This document shows positions 39,281 through 49,160 of a stretch of DNA of 64,000 bases, one piece after another (positions within the stretch are counted from its first letter, which is position 1; each line of letters begins with the position of its first letter). The notes under the pieces were generated by a model. That model worked only from the letters and a program-made list of their open reading frames with translations, had not been told where the DNA came from and did not search any database. Location: positions 256,691 to 320,690 of the forward strand of contig OZ251571.1 in NCBI GenBank assembly GCA_965243565.1, in the 5' to 3' direction. This stretch comes from Gammaproteobacteria bacterium (lineage in GTDB: Bacteria > Pseudomonadota > Gammaproteobacteria > Tethybacterales > Persebacteraceae). Both the position numbers and the translations under genes were made by a program.

Positions 39281-40145
39281 TGTTTTTCCGTGGTATCAAC
39301 CGTTGGTTGAAACGATCGAACTATCCGCAGCAACATTGTTGCTTGGCGAAGTAGGGGCTGGTGTCAATGAATTGGCGTTAGCGTTAGCACTTCGCTTGAT
39401 TAACGCTAAGGCAAGCAATCTCCTAGTCGAGCCTGATATTTTTTTGATTGAGCCTGATAATGAAAAAATAAAGGTAGACTCGATTCGAGAGGCGACAGAA
39501 TTTTTAACGTTAGCGGCGATTAAAAGAGAAAAAAAAGTACTGGTGATTTTACAAGCGGATTGTATGAATCTTGCAGCCGCAAATGCTTTGTTAAAGCCGC
39601 TTGAAGAACCGGGCATTAATAAACATATTCTTTTGTCCATGCGTAGTCCGCGACTATTACCGCCACCAATTGTTAGTCGGTGTCATATTGTGTATGCTCC
39701 AATACCAAGCGTATCTCGTATTAAAGATTTTTTTAATGATTGTGATGATGCTCATCTTGCTTTTTGTGCGAATCAACCCTTATTATTGCAAGCGTTTCCT
39801 GCGGATTGGCCGACACAATTGGCAGCGGTTTTTGTGCAAGGAAAAAAACTAAAAGTGAACAAGGCGGTTTCTTTTTTTAACGATAAAAAATATCCCGTTA
39901 ACGGGTGGTTTGATGGATTGCAAAAATGGGTGAGTGATGTTATTCGTGTGAGTAGTCATGGCAAGGCAGTTTTTTTTCCACAGTGTCAAGAGGATTTACA
40001 TCGTTTAAGTGCTGATAAAAAACAACAATGGCTAAATTTTTATGCCCATTTATTGTTACGAAAACAATGGATAAATCATCCATTAAACAAAGAACTATTT
40101 ATAAGAGAGATTTTGTATGACTATCGACAATTGTGCAGTTATTGA
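39273..40145 (+). CDS. holB: DNA polymerase III delta-prime subunit
   Basis: 290-aa AAA+-like protein with a degenerate P-loop. Assigned mainly from the conserved tmk-holB-tatD synteny, plus the …LLKPLEEPG… clamp-loader motif. Confidence 0.75.
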   Translation: MSNVFPWYQPLVETIELSAATLLLGEVGAGVNELALALALRLINAKASNLLVEPDIFLIEPDNEKIKVDSIREATEFLTLAAIKREKKVLVILQADCMNLAAANALLKPLEEPGINKHILLSMRSPRLLPPPIVSRCHIVYAPIPSVSRIKDFFNDCDDAHLAFCANQPLLLQAFPADWPTQLAAVFVQGKKLKVNKAVSFFNDKKYPVNGWFDGLQKWVSDVIRVSSHGKAVFFPQCQEDLHRLSADKKQQWLNFYAHLLLRKQWINHPLNKELFIREILYDYRQLCSY

Positions 40146-40902
40146 TTCCCATTGCCATCCTCATTTTCCTCAGTTGGTTATGGAAGAGGTTTTACAAACA
40201 ATGGACAGTAACAATGTACGAGCGGCTTTGGCAGTTGCCACATGTAGGCAAGAACGAGCGCAAGTATTGGAATTGATTAATCAGTATCCCGGTAGGTTTT
40301 ATGCGGCATGCGGCATTCATCCTTGTGTCGATGAAGATATTGATATTGAATGTCTGCAAAAGTGGTGTGAGGATGATAAAATTATTGCTGTCGGAGAGAC
40401 AGGACTTGATTACTTTCACCAAGATATTGAAAAAAAAAGACAAATTGAACGTTTTATTATGCATATTGAGGTGGCAAAGAGTCTCAAAAAACCATTGATT
40501 ATTCATATGCGGGATTCTTTTGATGATGTGATGGACTTATTGTATGCCCACAAAGCCAATGAGTGCTTGGGGGTTATGCATTGTTTTACGGGTGAGGTTG
40601 CACAGGTTAAACGCATATTGGATTTGGGGTTTTATATTTCTTTTTCTGGGATTATTAGCTTTAAAAAAGCAATTGCACTACAAGAAGTAGCGGCTTATGT
40701 ACCAAATGATAAGTATTTAATCGAAACTGATTCGCCTTATCTGGCACCAGTACCTTTTCGGGGTAAAACCAATACGCCTGGCTATGTACGCCACGTAGCA
40801 AATGCGGTCGCCATTGCTAGGGGTTGCACTGTTAACACAGTGGCTGATGAAACAAGTAAGAATTTTTATCGTTTATTTGGGAATGCGATAAAAATTATTT
40901 AG
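40117..40902 (+). CDS. tatD: TatD-family metal-dependent DNase
   Basis: IDSHCHPHF N-terminal motif. 261-aa TIM-barrel hydrolase. Confidence 0.85.
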   Translation: MTIDNCAVIDSHCHPHFPQLVMEEVLQTMDSNNVRAALAVATCRQERAQVLELINQYPGRFYAACGIHPCVDEDIDIECLQKWCEDDKIIAVGETGLDYFHQDIEKKRQIERFIMHIEVAKSLKKPLIIHMRDSFDDVMDLLYAHKANECLGVMHCFTGEVAQVKRILDLGFYISFSGIISFKKAIALQEVAAYVPNDKYLIETDSPYLAPVPFRGKTNTPGYVRHVANAVAIARGCTVNTVADETSKNFYRLFGNAIKII

Positions 40903-40909
40903 ATAAAAT

Positions 40910-41677
40910 TTATAATACTATGGTTTGATCTATTTCAAGTGGGGAAATATGTTCTCCTAAAAACCGCATCTCCTCAATGATGTTATCCATGTATCTTGGT
41001 TTAATATGGCAATAATATAACCGAATGTCTTTTGGAAGGTTAGTGTCCAGTAACTCTTTAAAACTTCTAGGTGTCAGATGGTAAGATGCTTTGGCAATTG
41101 CTTCAAGCGAATTGGGAAAAGAGACTTCCATTACCATTTGCTTTAAATTGTCTAAATTATTAATATAGTCCCATGTTTCGGGTTCAGCATCAATAATGTC
41201 AGCAATAAATACAAAGTTTTCGTGTTCGCCGTGCAAACACAGCCCGATGGTAGGGACTTGATGAATGACAGGCAATGGCGTGAAAGTCGCTGCTTTGATA
41301 TTGAATGTTTCAAATGGTTTAATAATGTTAAATTTTAATATAGGGGTGTCATAGACATAGATTTTTTCAAAATCAGGCCAGACAAGGTCATTGAACATGT
41401 AGGCGCGCAATGTTTCTGCTGTTTCTTCTAGACAATGAACCGTAACGGATGCGTTGGTGGAATTGCCTACTTTAAAATCTAAAAGAAAAGGCAACATTGC
41501 CGTATGGTCTAAATGGCAATGTGACAGTATCACATCGGTAATATTGGGTAAGGTTTCGTTTGAAATATTTAATAAGCCAGTACCGCAGTCAAATAATATG
41601 TGATTATTAATTAATGATGACATTGAGTATGAGTTTTTTAAAGCCCCACCGCTATTCCCTAATATTTTTAATTTCAT
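40910..41677 (-). CDS. class II 3',5'-cyclic-nucleotide phosphodiesterase-like metallo-beta-lactamase-fold protein
   Basis: HCHLDHTAMLPFLLD matches the class II PDE signature H-x-H-L-D-H. 255 aa. Same strand as the cyclase gene and immediately downstream of it. The GC content is lower than in core genes. Confidence 0.6.
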   Translation of the reverse strand: MKLKILGNSGGALKNSYSMSSLINNHILFDCGTGLLNISNETLPNITDVILSHCHLDHTAMLPFLLDFKVGNSTNASVTVHCLEETAETLRAYMFNDLVWPDFEKIYVYDTPILKFNIIKPFETFNIKAATFTPLPVIHQVPTIGLCLHGEHENFVFIADIIDAEPETWDYINNLDNLKQMVMEVSFPNSLEAIAKASYHLTPRSFKELLDTNLPKDIRLYYCHIKPRYMDNIIEEMRFLGEHISPLEIDQTIVL

Positions 41678-41686
41678 TGCATTCTC

Positions 41687-44041
41687 CTATTTTTCTTTAT
41701 AGTTTGTTATTCCATCATCCCAGTCTTCAATAGAGGGTGGGTTTTTATCGAAGTTATCGATTTTTTCTTTATATACGTGTGCGACTTTATCAGTTGGATA
41801 TTTAGTAAGATATTCTTCAATTTTTATCTTGGCATTGTGAAAACTCCTTATCTGGTAGAGCGATCGAATGGTTTCAAAATGTGATATTTGCTTTAGTTCC
41901 TCGGGACTCAACAGGACTGTGCGCCCCCATGGTTCGTAAATAGATAATGATTGTGATCGACCTTTGACGCGAATAACATCAACCATTCTAAAAGTTATTT
42001 CTTCGCCACATTGTTCAAAGGTTTCTTGAGTTACAAGAATTGGACAGTGATAGATTTTGGTCATCCCTTCAAGACGAGAAGAAAGATTAACTGTGTCCCC
42101 CATGGCGGTATAAGCCATTCGTAGGGCGGATCCCATATTGCCAACACTGGCTTTTCCTGTTGCAATACCAATGCCTAGATTTATTTCACTAAAACGTTTT
42201 TGTTCGTCATTCACATTGTCAAAAAAACCCTCTTTAACCAACGCATCTGATAGTTTTTTAATTTGTTTTTGCATATCAAATGCGGCTAAGACTGAATTTT
42301 TGGCATGGTTATTGTCTTCTAATGGAGCGTTCCAAAAAGCCATAACAGCGTCACCAATGTATTTGTCAACAGTACCATGGTGGCTATGGATGACCTCAGA
42401 TAAAGCCGTTAACATCCTATTCATAAACACGGTGAGGTCTTTTGGTGAAAGATTTTCAGAAATGGAAGTAAAGTTTCTGACATCTGAAAATAGGATTGAT
42501 AAATCACGTTCTTCACCCTCCATATTAATGGCATTGCCAGAAGCAGCCAGCCTTTTTGCTAACTCTGTTGGTACATATTGCCCAAAGGTAGATTGCAGGC
42601 GACGACTACTTTTAAGTTCGAAGAAAAAGCCAGTCACAGAGTTAAATATAAATAGAAAAGAAAATGTAATGATTATCGGCGTTAAAGACCAAACTTCATT
42701 TTTTTCTTCCCATGCAGTTAATACGAAATTTGAATGCCATGCCAATATCGCTAGCAGGAGGATAAATGAATAAATAGGACTTACAAACACAAAAAAGATG
42801 GATAGAAACAATACACCTGCAATGAGAGCGATTGATTCATACAGTTGCGCATGATGCGGTCGATAGAGATTATTATTTTCTAATATATTGGCTAATTGTG
42901 TGGCAATAATTTCACCGCGAGGCAGGGCAGGATTGACCGGCGTTGTGTGTAGGTCGCGACGAGATGAATCCGACGAACTAACGATGATGAATTTATTTTG
43001 TAAATCTTCTTTTTTAGTTATTTTATCAAGTACGTCGGTGAATGGTACATAATGAAATACAGCTTCTTTGGAAGCATCAAAATCAACACTTCTTCCACCT
43101 ACACCTCTAAATTTAATATAAGAGCTTCCGTCTGCATTTAAGGCAATATGATGTCTGCCAATTGTTACGCCTTTTATTGTTCGATTCTCAATTTTGGCCA
43201 CGACAGAAATTTTGTTTTGAGCGGCGTATTGGATGTTTCTATTGGATTTCGATGCATATAACATTGCCAATGGCAACGACATATAATATTGACCAGAATG
43301 GCGAAGAAAAACAGGCGTGCGGCGTATAGATCCGTCTTCGTCGCTGCTTAAATTATTGTGTCCTGATAAATATTGTGTGGATTTAATAAAATTATTGACA
43401 TTACCAGTGTAGCCACGATTGAAATTCCATTTTTTTGTTATTTTTCTTGCTGTTTTATCTGATACTGTGGTGTTATCATGTTTAGTATCGGTAAATGCAA
43501 CGCTATAGGGCAAAGAACCACCACCTCGCCCAGCAGTGTCATCAAAAGAAAAACCTAAAACGATTAATCGGTTTTTCAGTGATTTTGTAAAAATTTCATC
43601 GTAATCACTGTTATCGCGGAATTGCTCTAGCTGAGAAAATAAATATTTTTCTGATTGGTAGTCTGGAATGCCATCTTCAAGGAATTGCTTATTGAGTTGA
43701 TCAACGGTCTCAATGTATAGATTTTTTAGTGGTGTAAAGGGGGCAACGTAGCCAACAACTTTTACTTTGTAATAATCAAATAAACGATCGTTTAGTAGAG
43801 CAACATATTCACGAAACTTCAAATCATCACTGCCACCGATTCTTAAAAGCGTTTCACGATCGATGTCAACAATGATGATATCTTTACTTATTTTTGTTTC
43901 GCTGATATTGCGACTAAGTCGCCAATCATAGCTTTCTCTTTCAAGGATTTTAACAATACTTATATGGCCATTTTCGTACTCTAGTGTGGTGAAGCAGAGT
44001 AATACTGCAATTAATAAAGTAGTGACTAATCGTAGTTTCAT
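41687..44041 (-). CDS. CHASE2-sensor class III adenylate/guanylate cyclase
   Basis: 784 aa. Signal/TM, periplasmic CHASE2-like region, TM bundle (about residues 400-470), and a cyclase homology domain (…FSDVRNFTSISE…VDKYIGDAVMAFWNAP…). About 110 aa of extension follow the cyclase domain. Confidence 0.85.
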   Translation of the reverse strand: MKLRLVTTLLIAVLLCFTTLEYENGHISIVKILERESYDWRLSRNISETKISKDIIIVDIDRETLLRIGGSDDLKFREYVALLNDRLFDYYKVKVVGYVAPFTPLKNLYIETVDQLNKQFLEDGIPDYQSEKYLFSQLEQFRDNSDYDEIFTKSLKNRLIVLGFSFDDTAGRGGGSLPYSVAFTDTKHDNTTVSDKTARKITKKWNFNRGYTGNVNNFIKSTQYLSGHNNLSSDEDGSIRRTPVFLRHSGQYYMSLPLAMLYASKSNRNIQYAAQNKISVVAKIENRTIKGVTIGRHHIALNADGSSYIKFRGVGGRSVDFDASKEAVFHYVPFTDVLDKITKKEDLQNKFIIVSSSDSSRRDLHTTPVNPALPRGEIIATQLANILENNNLYRPHHAQLYESIALIAGVLFLSIFFVFVSPIYSFILLLAILAWHSNFVLTAWEEKNEVWSLTPIIITFSFLFIFNSVTGFFFELKSSRRLQSTFGQYVPTELAKRLAASGNAINMEGEERDLSILFSDVRNFTSISENLSPKDLTVFMNRMLTALSEVIHSHHGTVDKYIGDAVMAFWNAPLEDNNHAKNSVLAAFDMQKQIKKLSDALVKEGFFDNVNDEQKRFSEINLGIGIATGKASVGNMGSALRMAYTAMGDTVNLSSRLEGMTKIYHCPILVTQETFEQCGEEITFRMVDVIRVKGRSQSLSIYEPWGRTVLLSPEELKQISHFETIRSLYQIRSFHNAKIKIEEYLTKYPTDKVAHVYKEKIDNFDKNPPSIEDWDDGITNYKEK

Positions 44042-44126
44042 GTAGATGTATTATACTATGTAAGATAAACCTTACAATAATAAATTTAAATGTAGTTAAA
44101 AAGGGTCTTTTGTGTATAATTCACCT

Positions 44127-44242
44127 CACTGGCGGTCATAGAGGTGGGGAACCACACCTTCACATCCCGAACAGGAACGTGAAACCCATCTTCGCCGATG
44201 GTAGTGCGGTTTTGACCGCGCAAGAGTAGGGCGTCGCCAGTA
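44127..44242 (+). rRNA. rrf: 5S ribosomal RNA, orphan copy not linked to 16S/23S
   Basis: ACTGGCGGTCATAGAGGTGGGGAACCACACCTTCACATCCCGAACAGGAACGTGAAACCCATCTTCGCCGATGGTAGTGCGGTTTTGACCGCGCAAGAGTAGGGCGTCGCCAGT aligns with E. coli 5S. Shared blocks include CCGAAC…GTGAAAC, CGCCGATGGTAGTG and GAGAGTAGGG. The terminal helix ACTGGCG/CGCCAGT closes the molecule. A TATAAT at 44115-44120 lies about 7 nt before the 5' end. A T-run follows the 3' end. Confidence 0.85.
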
Positions 44243-44280
44243 TTTTTTTATTTATTATAGAGTGTGGATAGTTTAAAACT

Positions 44281-45075
44281 ATGCCTTCCCAAGAATGTAC
44301 ACTTTCCTTTGCTAAATTTAAAATTTATTGCTTTGGAACTATCCTTTTTTTATTGGTACTTGTCTTACCTGCTTTTTCTCAATCACCATTACAGATAGCG
44401 ACAGATGCCAATAATCCGCCGTTTTCGTATTTTGATAAAGATCAAAACCGTTGGTTTGGTTTTGAAGTTGATTTAATCACCGAATTATGCCAGCAAATAA
44501 AACAGCAATGTCAATTGATTGACAGTGTAAAAGAGGATCGTATAAAAGGAGTGCTTAATCATTCGTATGATATTATTATGGCATCGCAAGAGGTCTTAGC
44601 TCCCTTAAAAGAACAATTGGCTTTTACCTCTCATTATTATTCGCACGGAGTCAAATTTGTTCGCCCTAAGAGTATTCGTGGAAGAGTTTCATACAAAACA
44701 CTTAATGACAATGTGGTTGGTGTTAAAGTCGACAGTTCTGCCCATCAATTTTTGCTCAAAAAATTTAAAAATGTGACTATCAAGCCTTATGATACACATG
44801 AATCGGCGTATCAAGATTTATTGGCAAATGAGATCGATCTGGTATTAGCCGATAAATTTGTGCAATATAAGTGGCTGCAGACACAGCCTGATTACCATAT
44901 GGTCGGTCCTAGCTATACTAATAAACGCTACTTTAACAAGGTGGCTATAGGATTACGAAAAACTGATGTTCAATTGCAAAGGCAATTAAATGATGCCATT
45001 AAACAAATGCGTGATAGTGGGCATTATAAAGAAATACGCAAAAGATACTTTCCTTTTGCTATCTATGGTCGTTAA
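44281..45075 (+). CDS. periplasmic substrate-binding protein (PBP type 3, polar amino-acid ABC family), solitary
   Basis: Signal peptide. 264-aa SBP_bac_3-like sequence. No cognate permease or ATPase genes adjacent. Confidence 0.65.
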   Translation: MPSQECTLSFAKFKIYCFGTILFLLVLVLPAFSQSPLQIATDANNPPFSYFDKDQNRWFGFEVDLITELCQQIKQQCQLIDSVKEDRIKGVLNHSYDIIMASQEVLAPLKEQLAFTSHYYSHGVKFVRPKSIRGRVSYKTLNDNVVGVKVDSSAHQFLLKKFKNVTIKPYDTHESAYQDLLANEIDLVLADKFVQYKWLQTQPDYHMVGPSYTNKRYFNKVAIGLRKTDVQLQRQLNDAIKQMRDSGHYKEIRKRYFPFAIYGR

Positions 45076-45087
45076 AATTTTAATAAA

Positions 45088-45363
45088 TTAACTGAAAAAC
45101 TGATCTAAATTATAAAGTGTCAACAGTTTGCTTAGTTGATTGGTTTCTTTTGGGTAAATGAAACGAATTTTACAGTTCTTACTATTACATTCTCGTTGGG
45201 CAGCCAATAAAATACAAATGGCGGCTGAATTGCATCGTTTTATTTCGGATAAGTCAATAATAATGGAGCCATCTTTGGCAATTAAATTTCGAGTGAAGTC
45301 CAGGTAAGTAGTAAAGTTTTTAAAGTCAATATCATTTACTTTGACGATTTCTTGTGTGCTCAC
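45088..45363 (-). CDS. mlaB: STAS-domain protein MlaB
   Basis: 91-aa STAS/anti-sigma-antagonist fold. Last gene of the mlaFEDCB cluster. Confidence 0.65.
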   Translation of the reverse strand: MSTQEIVKVNDIDFKNFTTYLDFTRNLIAKDGSIIIDLSEIKRCNSAAICILLAAQRECNSKNCKIRFIYPKETNQLSKLLTLYNLDQFFS

Positions 45364-46001
45364 TTTTGCTTCTTTTTAACGAGTTGTTGAATTTTATCTA
45401 ACAATGTTTCTACGTCTGACTTTTTTAGTATAGAGGAAAACTGGCGCCGATAGTTTGCGACGAGGCTGATGCCCTCAATTTTAATATCAGTGATTAAATG
45501 AGTGTCTTCGTGAGGAGTAAAAATGTAAGCAATCACAACGAATTTATCACGGGCACTAACTTTAAGTGAAACAAATTGTTTTTTGTTGGTTAATGGCTTT
45601 GTGTCTTCTATGGTGATGTTGATTTCTTGATCGCCATAAGAAGATTTAATAACACTCGCATAGGTGTTTTCTAGAAGTAATTGAAATGATTGTCTGATTT
45701 TTTGCAAATCATCTGCTTTGAGTTTTCTTGAGTACTTGCCTAATGTGCTTCGTGTAATTTTTGAGTAGTTGATGAGTGGAGAAATATTGCTTTGAATAAT
45801 TTTGAGTGCATCACCGTGTGTGAGTTCTTTGGTCTTACTTTTTTCTTCAAAAAGATGAAGGATATGATTGCTTTTTACAAGGAGATTATCTGCTAGTTGA
45901 TTGGCAATATCAGAGTTGGCATAACTTTGTGGTACGGCAAAACAAAATAAAAATACGAATGGGTAAAATAGATAGCGTCTCAAGTTATTCATCTCCTGCA
46001 T
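45360..46001 (-). CDS. mlaC: phospholipid-binding periplasmic protein MlaC
   Basis: Start placed at the ATG at 46001 (MQEMNNLRRYLFYPFVFLFCFAVPQSYA signal peptide). The longer tracked ORF would overlap mlaD extensively. Toluene-tolerance Ttg2D family. Confidence 0.75.
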   Translation of the reverse strand: MQEMNNLRRYLFYPFVFLFCFAVPQSYANSDIANQLADNLLVKSNHILHLFEEKSKTKELTHGDALKIIQSNISPLINYSKITRSTLGKYSRKLKADDLQKIRQSFQLLLENTYASVIKSSYGDQEINITIEDTKPLTNKKQFVSLKVSARDKFVVIAYIFTPHEDTHLITDIKIEGISLVANYRRQFSSILKKSDVETLLDKIQQLVKKKQK

Positions 46002-46449
46002 TGTCAAATAAAAAGCGACTGATGAGATCTTCGAGTACAATGGCCGAATTTCCATCCAGCGTGTCTTTGTCTTTAAGGGCATCCAGTTCGCCACCAACCT
46101 CAATAGCAACATACTGACCACCTAATAGATTGCTTGAAACAATGGAGAAAATAGAATCAGTGGGAAAATGATAACGATCTTCAATGGTAATTTCGACATT
46201 GGCAACGTGATCAAGCCCGTTGTATTCTATTTTTTTGACTTGCCCAACCCGTACCCCGCTGCTTTTTACAGGAGCGCGTTGCACCAGCGAGCCAACGTTA
46301 TCAAAGTTAATAAAAAGAGAGTAATCTTTTTTAGTAGCGATTTCTGTAAGGTTAGCAGAACGCAGTGCGATAAATGTAACGCTGACAATTGCAAACACAA
46401 CAAATAGTCCGACAATAATGTCAATTCGATTTCGAGATAGTGATTTCAT
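45985..46449 (-). CDS. mlaD: MCE-domain protein MlaD
   Basis: N-terminal TM anchor plus MCE domain. 154 aa. Confidence 0.8.
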   Translation of the reverse strand: MKSLSRNRIDIIVGLFVVFAIVSVTFIALRSANLTEIATKKDYSLFINFDNVGSLVQRAPVKSSGVRVGQVKKIEYNGLDHVANVEITIEDRYHFPTDSIFSIVSSNLLGGQYVAIEVGGELDALKDKDTLDGNSAIVLEDLISRFLFDNAGDE

Positions 46450-46457
46450 AAAGATAT

Positions 46458-47294
46458 CTAGTTTAACATAAAAGCAGTAATAATAAAATTAATTCCGAGA
46501 ACAGACAATGAACCTTTAACAACAGTTTTGGTGGTGGCTCGGGCAACGCCTTCTGCTGTTGGAACACAAAAATAACCTTCGTATAGTGCAATAATGGCGA
46601 CTACAAAGCCAAAGGCTAGGCTTTTTATAACGCCTAGCATAAAATCATCATAAAAAAGTACTTGTTGTTTCATGCCTGACCAAAATATGCCTGCATCAAT
46701 TCCTATTTGCTCGACGGCTATGAGATAACTACCAATAATACCAATCGTATCTAAATAAATAGTGAGCAATGGCAATGCGATAACTGCAGCCCAAAGGCGA
46801 GGCGCTAGTTCGTACGAAATGGGGTTGACAGCCATTATTTCCATAGCGGCAAGTTGCTCACTGGCTTTTTTAAGACCGATAGAAGCAGTAATTGAAGTAC
46901 AGGCACAACCAACAAATAATAACCCAGCAGCAACAGGTCCGAGCTCCCGAAAAAGAGTGAGTGCCACACCAATACCTAAGAGGTCTTCTTGACCATAACG
47001 CGATAAGAGTACATGAAATTGCAATCCCAATACAAAACCAATAAACAGACCAGAGACTAAAATAATAACCAGTGTATTGACACCTGTTAGCATGAGCTGG
47101 TTAATAATGAGGTGCGGGCGTTTAAAACAGACATCACTGTGAGTAAATAGTGCTAATGCAAAACGAGCGCCTAACCCAAGATTGTAAAGTGCTTCGGTGA
47201 ATGGCCAACCGATTCGTCGGAGATAACCGAAAATGGTGTTGTTTCGGAAGTTGTCTCGACGGACAATTATTTTGCCACTATTTTTTAAAGACAT
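46458..47294 (-). CDS. mlaE: ABC permease MlaE
   Basis: 278-aa polytopic permease of the MlaE/Ttg2B family. Its start overlaps the mlaF stop. Confidence 0.85.
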   Translation of the reverse strand: MSLKNSGKIIVRRDNFRNNTIFGYLRRIGWPFTEALYNLGLGARFALALFTHSDVCFKRPHLIINQLMLTGVNTLVIILVSGLFIGFVLGLQFHVLLSRYGQEDLLGIGVALTLFRELGPVAAGLLFVGCACTSITASIGLKKASEQLAAMEIMAVNPISYELAPRLWAAVIALPLLTIYLDTIGIIGSYLIAVEQIGIDAGIFWSGMKQQVLFYDDFMLGVIKSLAFGFVVAIIALYEGYFCVPTAEGVARATTKTVVKGSLSVLGINFIITAFMLN

Positions 47295-48114
47295 GGTTGT
47301 TGATGTTGAGATCGTCTAATAAAGGTTTGGCAGGCTGATGAAATGGTAGTGGGCCATCGGTTTCAGCATTGATAAATTGTCTGACATAGGGCATGTTAGA
47401 GTCTTGTAATTCTTCGGGTGATCCTTGGGCTACGATTTCGCCGTGCCACATAATATAGACATAATCAACGATTTGAAATGATTCGGCGACATCGTGCGTG
47501 ACAATAATCGAACTGGCACATAACGTATCATTGAGTTCGCGAATTAAACGAGCAGTAATAGCGAGCGAAATTGGGTCCAGCCCTGCAAAGGGCTCATCGT
47601 ATAGAATAATTTCTGGATCTAGCGCAATAGAACGAGCCAATGCAACTCGCCGTGCCATTCCACCAGATAGTTCAGAAGGAAATAGTTTGGAAGAGCCGCG
47701 TAAACCAACCGATTGTAGTTTGAGCAATACCAAATCTCGAATGGCACTTTCTGGCAATGTTGTATGCTCACGCAGTGGAAATGCAACGTTATCAAATACA
47801 GAAATATCGGTAAACAAACCACCAAATTGAAACATCATGCCAATGCGCTTGCGTAATTCAAATAGTTGGGTGTCATGAATTTCTTGTATATTATGACCCA
47901 ATATATTAACGGTTCCGCTGCTGGCTCTGACTTGTCCGCAAATATTGCGTAGTAGAGTTGTTTTACCACTGCCACTGCCACCCATAAATGCAACTACTCT
48001 GCCTTTGGGTATGGATAAAGAAATATCTTTCAAAATAGGTTTTCTAACATCATAGGAAAAATTAAGACCATTAATGTCAACAGTCTGTGATGCAGATGTA
48101 TTGGCAGAGCTCAC
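47278..48114 (-). CDS. mlaF: ABC ATPase MlaF
   Basis: Walker A GGSGSGKTT, signature LSGGMARRVALAR, and Walker B ILYDEPFAGLD. Confidence 0.88.
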   Translation of the reverse strand: MSSANTSASQTVDINGLNFSYDVRKPILKDISLSIPKGRVVAFMGGSGSGKTTLLRNICGQVRASSGTVNILGHNIQEIHDTQLFELRKRIGMMFQFGGLFTDISVFDNVAFPLREHTTLPESAIRDLVLLKLQSVGLRGSSKLFPSELSGGMARRVALARSIALDPEIILYDEPFAGLDPISLAITARLIRELNDTLCASSIIVTHDVAESFQIVDYVYIMWHGEIVAQGSPEELQDSNMPYVRQFINAETDGPLPFHQPAKPLLDDLNINNHVFKK

Positions 48115-48250
48115 TTTGATGTTATAAAATTATGTCTAAGATAATATAGAATGAAAACGATATTGATATCAATACAAATTTTATCATTATCTCTAAATAA
48201 TAAAAATATATTTATCTGATAAATGGAATTGTAAAATAAAAGGACATTGT

Positions 48251-49117
48251 ATGAAAGAAAGTAAAATTGGTTATATTGGTTTGGGAATTATGGGCAAGCC
48301 TGCCGCTAGCAATTTATTAAAAAAGGGGCACCATGTTAATGTATGGGGAAGAAAAGGCAGACAAACCACCCAAGAATTAATCGACTTAGGGGCAACGGAA
48401 TGCTTGACTTTAGAAACATTGGCAAAAGAATCGGATATTATTATTACCAATGTTTCTGATACGGTAGATGTAGTATCGTTGATGGGGGCGGATGAAGGCA
48501 TCGGCAAACATCTAACCGATGGACAACTAATCATTGATATGAGTACTATATCGCCATCAGTAACGACAGATATTGCTATGCAGTTAAAAGCAAAAGGGGT
48601 CGATTTTTTAGATGCTCCTGTTTCAGGTGGTGAAAAAGGGGCGATAGAAGGGACGCTTACCTTTATGGTGGGGGGAGAACAATTGGCTTTTGACAGAGCG
48701 TTACCAGTTTTTAATGCGATGGGAAAAATAGCAACGAGGATTGGTCAATCGGGGGCCGGGCAAGTGGCAAAAATGTGCAATCAAATTATCATTGGGGCAA
48801 CATTAATGGGAGTATCAGAAGCGTTTCATTTGGCAAAGCACAAAGGTGTTGATTTGACGTTTGTCCGACAAGCATTGCAAGGCGGCTTTGCCGGAAGCCG
48901 CGTGTTGGATATCCATGCCAAACGCATGATAGATGACGATTTTACTCCGGGTTTTAAGGCAATACTTCATAAAAAAGACATTGGTATTGCCTTGGAAGAA
49001 GGACATTTGCACCAATTACCTTTAAAATCGGCACAAGCATTTTACGCCCAATTGAGTCAATTAATGGACAACGGTGATGGCGAAAAAGACTCATCTGCTA
49101 TTTTTAAATTAATGTAA
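48251..49117 (+). CDS. NAD(P)-dependent 3-hydroxyisobutyrate / 2-hydroxy-3-oxopropionate reductase family dehydrogenase
   Basis: Rossmann motif IGYIGLGIMG. 6-phosphogluconate-dehydrogenase-like C-terminal domain. 288 aa. Confidence 0.8.
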   Translation: MKESKIGYIGLGIMGKPAASNLLKKGHHVNVWGRKGRQTTQELIDLGATECLTLETLAKESDIIITNVSDTVDVVSLMGADEGIGKHLTDGQLIIDMSTISPSVTTDIAMQLKAKGVDFLDAPVSGGEKGAIEGTLTFMVGGEQLAFDRALPVFNAMGKIATRIGQSGAGQVAKMCNQIIIGATLMGVSEAFHLAKHKGVDLTFVRQALQGGFAGSRVLDIHAKRMIDDDFTPGFKAILHKKDIGIALEEGHLHQLPLKSAQAFYAQLSQLMDNGDGEKDSSAIFKLM

Positions 49118-49160
49118 TAGATGTGGTTTTTTAGTATCCTGTTTTTTTGGTAAAATACGG

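Noticed and set aside
42138-42773. 211-aa + strand ORF
   Set aside because: It lies fully inside, and antisense to, the well-supported adenylate cyclase gene.
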